Below are positions 26,517 to 35,500 of a DNA stretch of 64,000 nucleotides, one piece after another. This DNA comes from Bacteroides fragilis (GTDB taxonomy: Bacteria > Bacteroidota > Bacteroidia > Bacteroidales > DTGW01). The DNA is taken from contig CAMDBI010000004.1 of assembly GCA_945889005.1 (NCBI GenBank), forward strand, positions 66,349-130,348, written 5' to 3'. A model generated the notes under the pieces. That model had not been told where the DNA came from. It was given only the letters and a program-made list of their open reading frames with translations, and did no database searches. Each line of letters begins with the position of its first letter. The stretch's first letter is position 1. A program made the translations under genes and the position numbers.

Positions 26517-29500
26517 ATGTGCAAAAAAAAACAAATGAACTCGGTTTTTGAAGACTTAACAACCTATTTGAATAACAAATTAGTTATCCATTTAGTATTG
26601 TTTTTTTTATTATTTAATATTTCAATTTCTTTTGATATACTCAATGCCCAAACTACCTTTACATGGAATGGTGGAACTGGCAATTGGAATACTGCCGGAA
26701 ACTGGTCTAAATCGGGAGGAACCAGTACTTCGACCTGGCCGGGTCAAAATGTTAACCAGAATGATATCGTTATTGTCAATTCTACAGGAACAGTCACTAT
26801 TAACGTTGCTTTTAACAGTAATAGTGTTCAGGATGTAAGTATCAACACAGGAACAGTTACCGGAAACAATGTTACCTGCCTTATCAATGGAAACCTCTCT
26901 GTGGCATCTGGTGCTACTTTTAATATAAACCAAACTGCATTAACTGTTTCGGGCGCCACAAGCATATCAGGAAACCTGACCGATGGAAACAATACAGGTA
27001 CTAACACTTTTGCCGGTCTGGTCACTATCAATTCAGGTGGAAATCTTTCAACTGCAACCAACTCTGTTTATAACTTCAACGGAGGAGTAACCAATAACGG
27101 AACTTTCAACCAGACCGGAACAGGGAATATAACGCTAGTAGTCGGCACAACATTTACAAACAATGCTACAGCAACAATTTCGGGAAGTCTCAATTTTGGA
27201 AACTCAGCATCTACTTTTGTCAATGGCAACGGGGCTTCATTAGCATATTTCAATACCAACCGGTTGATGAACACCAATGGTACTCTTACAGCTACTGCCA
27301 GCAACAATACCATTACTTATAGCCGCAACGGTGCTCAGGATATAATAAATACCGATTATTTCAACCTTGTCCTGGCTGGAAACAATACAAAAACCATTGT
27401 GGGAACAACTACGGTTGACGGTACACTTACTTTTGGCGGCACTGCAACCTTGGCTGTTGGAGCTAACACGATGACAGCAGATGCTGTTGTCAGAAACAAT
27501 GCCATCACGATTACAATATCTACTGGTATATTCACGGTCAATAACGATTTAACCCTCAATGTAGCTGACCCTATCACATTCTCGGGTGCGGGTACTCTCA
27601 ACGTCACTGGTAACCTTACTTGTGGAACACTTACAGGAAATACAGGCACAATCAACATTGGAGGTGACTTTAGTCCAAATGCTTATATCATCAATACTTC
27701 TACAGTAAATGCCAATGGAACCACCATCCAAACACTGGGGCCTGTAAGTTATTACAACCTCCAGATCAATGGCGGAGGAACAAAAGCTTTATCGGGAAAT
27801 ACTACTTTTTCCAACAGCCTGACTCTCAATTCGGGGTTTTTACAATTGGGCAACTACAACCTTACCATCCCCAATAATCTTTCTATTTCCGGAACGATTG
27901 GTTCAGGAGCTTTTATTGAAACCAACGGCACAGGGGTTTTGATCAAACAAGGTACTTCAATCCCTCAATTTGCAATGATCTATCCGGTAGGATCAGGAGG
28001 GTCATACACTCCGGTGCAAATTAGTAGTTTTTCGGCAACAGGTATCATAAGTCCAGCAACTATATCTGTGCGTTCGTCAAACTCTCCGGCTGCCGGAATC
28101 TCAGGTACTCAGCCATTGAACCGGCATTGGGTTACCTCATCTACAAACTTTACCGGAAGTGTCCTGGCAAACATCCGTTTTACCTATGCCTTGTCAGATG
28201 TCCCGGTTGGTAAGGATGCCAACGATTACGAAATCTTGTACAACCCTTCAGGCTCCTGGATAATCCCACTAGGATCGAGCCCCATTGGATACAACCCGAT
28301 TTACTCTTCTGCATCCAACACACTCAATGCAACTTGGTCGGCAACTATTTCCGAAAAAAAAACATTTTACTCGCTCATTTCTGGCGATTGGGACAACAGT
28401 GCGACATGGACATTGGATCCGTCGGGGACTCAGCCCAACAACCCATCGAACCTCACACCAACTACTTCTCCAAATGCCGCTTTCGACGAGGTGGTAATCC
28501 TTTCGGGACGAACAGTTACAGTTAACTCCAATTCAAAAAGCAACGCCAAGCTAACCGTATTGGGTATTCTAAACCTGGGTACAAGCAGTGGGCATAGCTT
28601 TACCTCCATACTGGGGAGCGGTAAAATCCGCTTGGCCGGTGATCAGTTTCCTGCAGGTGATGCTTCCGATTTCGTTTCAGCCGGACAAGGCGAAGGTACT
28701 GTGGAATACTATGGAAACACTTTTAACCTTTCAACTGCACGGACATTCTATAACCTGGATATTGCAATGACTGCAGGTAATTCTGTGTTTCTTTTGTCTA
28801 ATTATACCATTAATGGCAATTTAAATGTCAATTCTGGCACTTTGTCATTAAATAACTCGGTTGCAACTAATGCGCTCACTATTAATATTCTGGGCAATGT
28901 TTCTGTTGGTGCTTCCGGGATCATTCGAACGGGTTCAGCCACTGCACGACATCAGCTAAACCTGTATGGCAATTTTACCAACAACGGCGATGTGCAGTTT
29001 ACCAACCGGGTTGCGGCAAATTATACTGCTGAAGCAACAGATGGGATTGTAGATGTCAATTTCCTAAGCAGCACCAAAGACCAAAGCGTATTGTGCAACG
29101 GACCAAGCAATTTCTATCGGATCGAAATCGATAAAGGTACCGACGACACCTATGTATTGAACCTGGATGCAAACCAGCTTTCTTACTTCAATCTTTTTGG
29201 ATTTGCCAATGAAAACCATGGAAGCATATCAGCTTCGCAACTTACCAACAATCTCAATGCGCTTGGTTTAATTAAAGGGACTGTTCGTATAGGCAATAAT
29301 ATTAACATTCCTCAGCTAAATAATAGTGGAAATTATAACATTTCTGAATCTGCCATGCTTTGGGTAGATGGTGGTACTGTAACCAAAGCAGCCGGTGTAG
29401 CTATTGTGAATTATGGAAAAATAAAAGTTTCTGCGGGAATATTAAACTCACTGGTTTCTAGTGGAATTACCTTGCGTGAAAAAGGTTTTGTATATATTCA

Positions 29501-32500
29501 AGGTGGAACTACTAATATCAACCAGTTGAGAACTTCTGTGATTTCCGGAACCCACATTGGAGGGTATATCCAAACCGATGGTACAATGAATATATTAGGA
29601 GGTTTAACAGATACTGATTATTATACATTTTGTTTGACATACAACAATACCGTATTCAATATGTCAGGTGGTACATTAAAAGTACTTACATCAAACGGAA
29701 GAGGAAGTGTTTTTATTAATTCTGCTCCGGAGAATATCAATGTTACTGGTGGGCATGTAATTGTAGAGGCCAATACAAACCAAAACCCGATTATCACCTC
29801 TACAGCTCCATTTTGGAATCTTAGCTTTAAAAACTCTTCTGGAACTTCTCGCAACTTTGTTCTTCAAGACGGTACATTAGTTGGTGCTACAGATGAAAAT
29901 CTAGCTGCACAACCTTTAAAAGTGTTAAACGATTTTCGGATTTGGGGTACTGAATCAGGTGGTGTCGGATACTCCGCTATTAATTTCAGACCTGTAACCA
30001 GCACTACCAATGTGAACGATGTTTATATAGGAGGTTCATTTTACATTGAAAATGGGGCCTCTTACAGTTCAGTATTTGGAGGAACTTCTCCTTATAATAG
30101 TCTTGCCAATCAGCCGACTCATAAAAATACCACTCATTTTTACTCTACAACGGCTTCTTCAGGTTTGGATACCTTTTATTATGGCAATTCCACTGGAACT
30201 TTAGAGTTGGGAAATATTGAAGTAAACCGCAGTCACGGATCCGAAGTTCGTTTGGTGTCTGCGGCAGCTAGGGCGCTCGAGTCGGTAATGGTAGATGTTA
30301 ATGGCAATATTTCGGTTTTTTCCGGAACATTGAATCAGCACTTGTTTTCGCTGCGAACTTGGGGAAGCATTACTAACAACGATCGGCTTGGCACTTGGTA
30401 CCCGGGAACCACTCCCAACAGGGCTCAAATTCAATTTGCCGATAATCCTGCATTTACACTCAATACAACAACAGGTGCAATTATGGGCAATGTCCAGTTC
30501 AATGTTACTCCACCTTCTCTGGTAACCCTTACAAGCGATATTGTAATTGAACGTGTGGAATATGTCAAGGGTTTGATCTACCTCAAAAAATACAACCTGA
30601 AAATAGATGAACTTTGGAATATGGATGCTGGTTTGTTCGAAAATGCTACCGCTAATAGTATTATGAAAGTTACCAACAATGGCCTGGACCCTGGTTGCAA
30701 TTCTATGATATTTACCAATGGTAAGGCTAGCGACAAAGGTTTGACTTTGAAAATTTCAGGCAACACAACTGTCGAAGGCTTTTCTAGCATTCTGAACAAT
30801 ACTAGTCCCATCTCGTTCCCTATAGGTTTTACTACCGATGGTGGTGCTACCCTATATTTCCGACCTGCCCAAATGAAAGTCAAAGACTTTTCAGACGATG
30901 GCTATGTTACCATTCGTCCGGTATCTGGTGTACTTACTCTCACCGATATAACAGGGGGAGAATTGTTACAACACTATTACCGGGTAAGCCATGCCGGGTT
31001 TTCAACTCTTCCCAATGTAGCTTACCGTTTTTATTACCGCAACCAGAATATCTCCGATGTGGTTGACAAAATCAACCCGGCCACTCAGGAAATCAATTAC
31101 GTTCCCGGCAAAGTGCTTGATCAGTTGCCCTATACCCGAAGCTACGAAACCCACACCGACGATATTATCAAAACTTCCGATACCCGACTGATTGTTTTCA
31201 ATGGAACCAGTTCCGGAGGGGAATTCGATCAGGACGATTTTGTCGGTTTTCTTGTCGAAAACGCCAATTACACCGCCGGACAAATCAACCGCTTTGCTGG
31301 TTCACCACAGATTTTTTACTCCAGAAGAACAGGAGGCGCAATGGCCTGGAACGATGGAAACAACTGGTCATTGGTCGGTTACGATGGTGCTGCTGCCGGA
31401 GATTATCCTCAAGCCGGTGATGTGGCTCGTATAAAAGGATCTGCTATTGCCAACTCGGGTGGTCGCCACTGGTACGATTTGAATGGAACATTTGATATCA
31501 ATACGGCAGAAATATTTTTCGATATTGTCTCTGATCTTACCCCTGCACCCTGGGGACCCAGAATACAGGTAGACGTAGACAGAACAATCAACTCTACAGT
31601 AATCAGAGGGCGTGGAACTCTTTACCTGAGAGTCGATGCCACCAATCAGGCAATGGTCAATGCCGATATCGGGGATTTTGCCAATACGACCGGTTCGGTG
31701 ATTAATTATGTACAGTCTCAAGGCAACAATTCAACCGTGACCATTCCTTCAAACCTTAGTGAATACCCGCGTCTCGATTTTGAAGGAGAAAGCGGCACTG
31801 GGCGTAGGATCCGGATTGCCCACCCGGCTACTGTAAATTATCAATTGGCAGTTGGACAGAATGCAATTTTGGTGGTGGACAACAATGTATCGGTTAAAGG
31901 CAATATTCAGGCCCGAGATAACTTAGATAATGCAAGTATTGAGTTTGGTCAGTCGGGAAGTTGGACGCTTGAAACGATGGGTAATTTAAATTTAGGACCT
32001 TCTGGGGGTACTTATCAATTCGATTTTTCTGTTCAAAATTCAACTCCATCGACTCTGACTCATACTCTGAAAGTTCATGGAAACGTCAACAGGAATGTAA
32101 CTGGTATGTTCGACCTGTACAATGGAACCGGTACTGCAAACAATGCTATTCTCGAACTGTCTGGTACCTCCGATGCTTCGTACAATTACTTTGCAGGCAC
32201 CAACCCCGATCTGTACCGCATCGTGATGAACAAAGGAACCGACAAATCCAATACCTTTACTTTCAACAACCCCTTTACGCTCAATGGCTCGACCAATGCA
32301 ACCCCAAAAGCCATCGAACTTAGAAATGGGACCTTAGTTATGAACCATGCATCCATCAGTTTTAACCTCACTACCGGTGGGGCTGCATTTGAAATTCCTC
32401 AGGAATCGGGGCTTGAAATGAAACTGGGTGCTGCCTTTGCCAATGGCAATTCAGGTATTTTACTCGATGGTTTACTGAAATTGTCGGGTGGTTCTCTAGA

Positions 32501-35500
32501 CATGAGCGACATTGGTACCGGAGGAGACAATTTTATTGAATATTCTGCTTCCGGATTTGCTACTATAGAAGTCAGTAACGGAACTCTTACCGTTGGTAGT
32601 CAGGTTCGCAGAAACATAAACTCCAATATCGGTATACTGAAGTACATACAAAGCGGTGGGTCGGTAATTGTTGGTCGCAATCAGGCATCTATTGCCAACA
32701 GGGGTGTGTTTGAGATTCTTAATAGTGGGAGTAAATTTATTATGACCGGGGGCGACCTATACATTGCTCGTGCCCAGACAGCTCCCACTCTTTCTGCTTT
32801 TTATTTCAATCCGGAAGACATTACCATTACCAGTTCGGCAAATATACATATTGGACATAGCTCCACACCGGCTTCACAGATCATTGGCATCTATGCTGCT
32901 GCCAATATCCCCAAACTGAGGGTCAACAATACTTCCGGCAACAACCCAATAGCTAAACTCGAGATTGTTCCTGCTACCATTACTCAACTCTTCGAAATCG
33001 ATGCCAATGCCACGTTCAATGCCAATGGGCTAGACCTACATCTCGAAGGAAACATGAATGTCCTCGGAAATTTTCAACACAACAACAACAACACTTATTT
33101 CGATGGGTCGTCCGATCAGACTATTACAGGGAATGGCTCTTTCAATTTTTACAACCTAACCAAAACTACCGGGAATAACCTGATCCTGAATCCTGTAAAT
33201 ACCAACCTATCTATTGGCAACAAACTCTCGCTTCAAGCCGGAACATTCACTGACAATGGCAATACTATAACTGTTTTGGGCGACTGCGAAAACGATGCAA
33301 CCCATATCTACGGCGGATCAGGCGATGGAATTTATATGAACGGTACTCAAAATCAAAACATTACCGGCAACGGCACATTCGGAAAAATCACCATCAACAA
33401 CCTGAACGGAATCAACGTTCCTGTCGGGAATCAGATCTCGATTGCCAATTCTTTAAAAATGATGTCGGGGGTCATATATATTAACAAAAATCTTTTGAGC
33501 CTATTGGTTGATGCAACCATTGAGCAAGCATCTCCTTTCACCGGTTACAACATGATTGAAACCAATATTTCCTTTACCGACAATGGGGTGAAAAAGGTCT
33601 TTCCATCTGGTAGTACCCCAAATTTCATCTTCCCAATCGGTAGTGGCGGAAAATACACTCCGGTAACCTTCAACATCACTGCTAATGGCAATAGTACAGG
33701 TTCTGTTACCGTGAAACCTGCCAACGAAATGCATCCGGGTATCGTGGAAGATACCGAAACTTCGACCCAGATCGTTGACAAGGACAATGCCTTGCAATAC
33801 TATTGGACATTAAAGCCATCCGGCATCAATGCAATGGATGCGACTGTTAAAATGCAGTACGCGAGTGAAGATTTAAAAACAACCGCCCCATACACCAGTG
33901 CCGATTACATCAATGCCATGCTCCGCAACGATGGAAACGGCAACTGGAACAAGTTCAACGATTTTGCAGCATTTGACGAAACCAACCGGGAACTCAATTA
34001 TAGTTTTACCGGTGCAACAGACAACGATCTATATGCCGATTACACGGCAGGAGCGGTAGATATTGCTCTAAATGGTGCAATACCCGACAATGTGATTGCC
34101 TACACCGCCAATTCTTCTGGCAATTGGTCAACTGCTGCTACTTGGACACCAAACATCATCAACGGGCCACGTGGAGCGATTGCTCGAATTCCCGCTCCAC
34201 TTTCAATAGATATCACCACAAATGCACAGGCTGTTTACCTGACCGAAATCAATGGCACACTCAACATAGGCACTACTCACAGTCACCGACTTGGAATTGT
34301 AGAAGGTAACGGACGGCTGCACCTCGAAGCAGGGGAACTGCCCGCTGGAGTCTATGATCAATTCTTCTCTGGATCAGGTGGTACAGTGGAGTTTAGCGGA
34401 AGTAACTCCTACGATGTATTGGGAAATACCCTTGCAGTGAACCATCTTACTTTTACAGGTTCGGGCGAAAAACGACTGCCCAATAACAAACTCGACATAC
34501 TGGGCAATTTGCTTATCGATGGTGCCGGACTTTCTTTGAACAATTACCACAACCAAAAAATTGAAATCAAAGGAAATTTCCAACGTACATCTGCTACGTT
34601 TAATGCCGGAACAGGGTCTAATGCAACTGTAATTTTTTCAGGAACTCTTGCTCAACAAATACAAGGTGCTATGACTGCTTCCAATGCTTTTAATAATCTT
34701 GAAGTTAAAAACAACAATGGTATCTCAACCAATGCTGACGTTGAGATCAAAGGTCAGTTAAAACTCACTTCGGGCTTGATTAACACTGGTTCCAATAATT
34801 TTACAATAAAGCAGGGTGCATCAGTTAGTCCTGCCAATGGATTGGCAACTTCATTTGTAAATGGCACTCTTACCAAAGAAATGCTCAATGGACAAAGCTT
34901 TAGTTTTCCGGTGGGTAATAATGCATCTAACTTAGGAACCATCGGCTTGCTCAATGTTAACGGGCCTTCGGGATTACAAAATTGGCGAACTACCTATACG
35001 TATGCCAATCCAAATACTATTGGTAATACCGACGATTTTCTGGCACCTGTCAATTCTGTAAGTGAAACAGAATACTGGAGGGTGCAAGCCCCAACAGGAG
35101 GAGGCTCTAAAATAAGCATCCGTCTCGATGGTTCCAGCGATATAGCCAATGCCCATGCTTCAGATCTTTATAACCTTAGGGTGGTTGGTTGGGATCCGGT
35201 GGATGCCCGCTGGGAAGTTGTGGGATCTTCAGCTACTGTTTCAGGAACAAATCTTTTCGGGACAGTCTCTACTTCCGGTTTTGTCAATTATGGCACATAC
35301 AGCTATTTCACCCTAGCATCGGTAACCCCGGTTGTGTCAGGAACCGCTAGTATTACCAGTAGCAATATATCAATATGTAACGGACAGAGTACCAGTATTG
35401 TGGTTTCCCTTACAGGCACTTCGCCTTGGACCATTACCTACACTGCAAATGGCAATCCAATTAGTTCGCCTGTAATAAATTCTAGTCCCTACACATTTGC

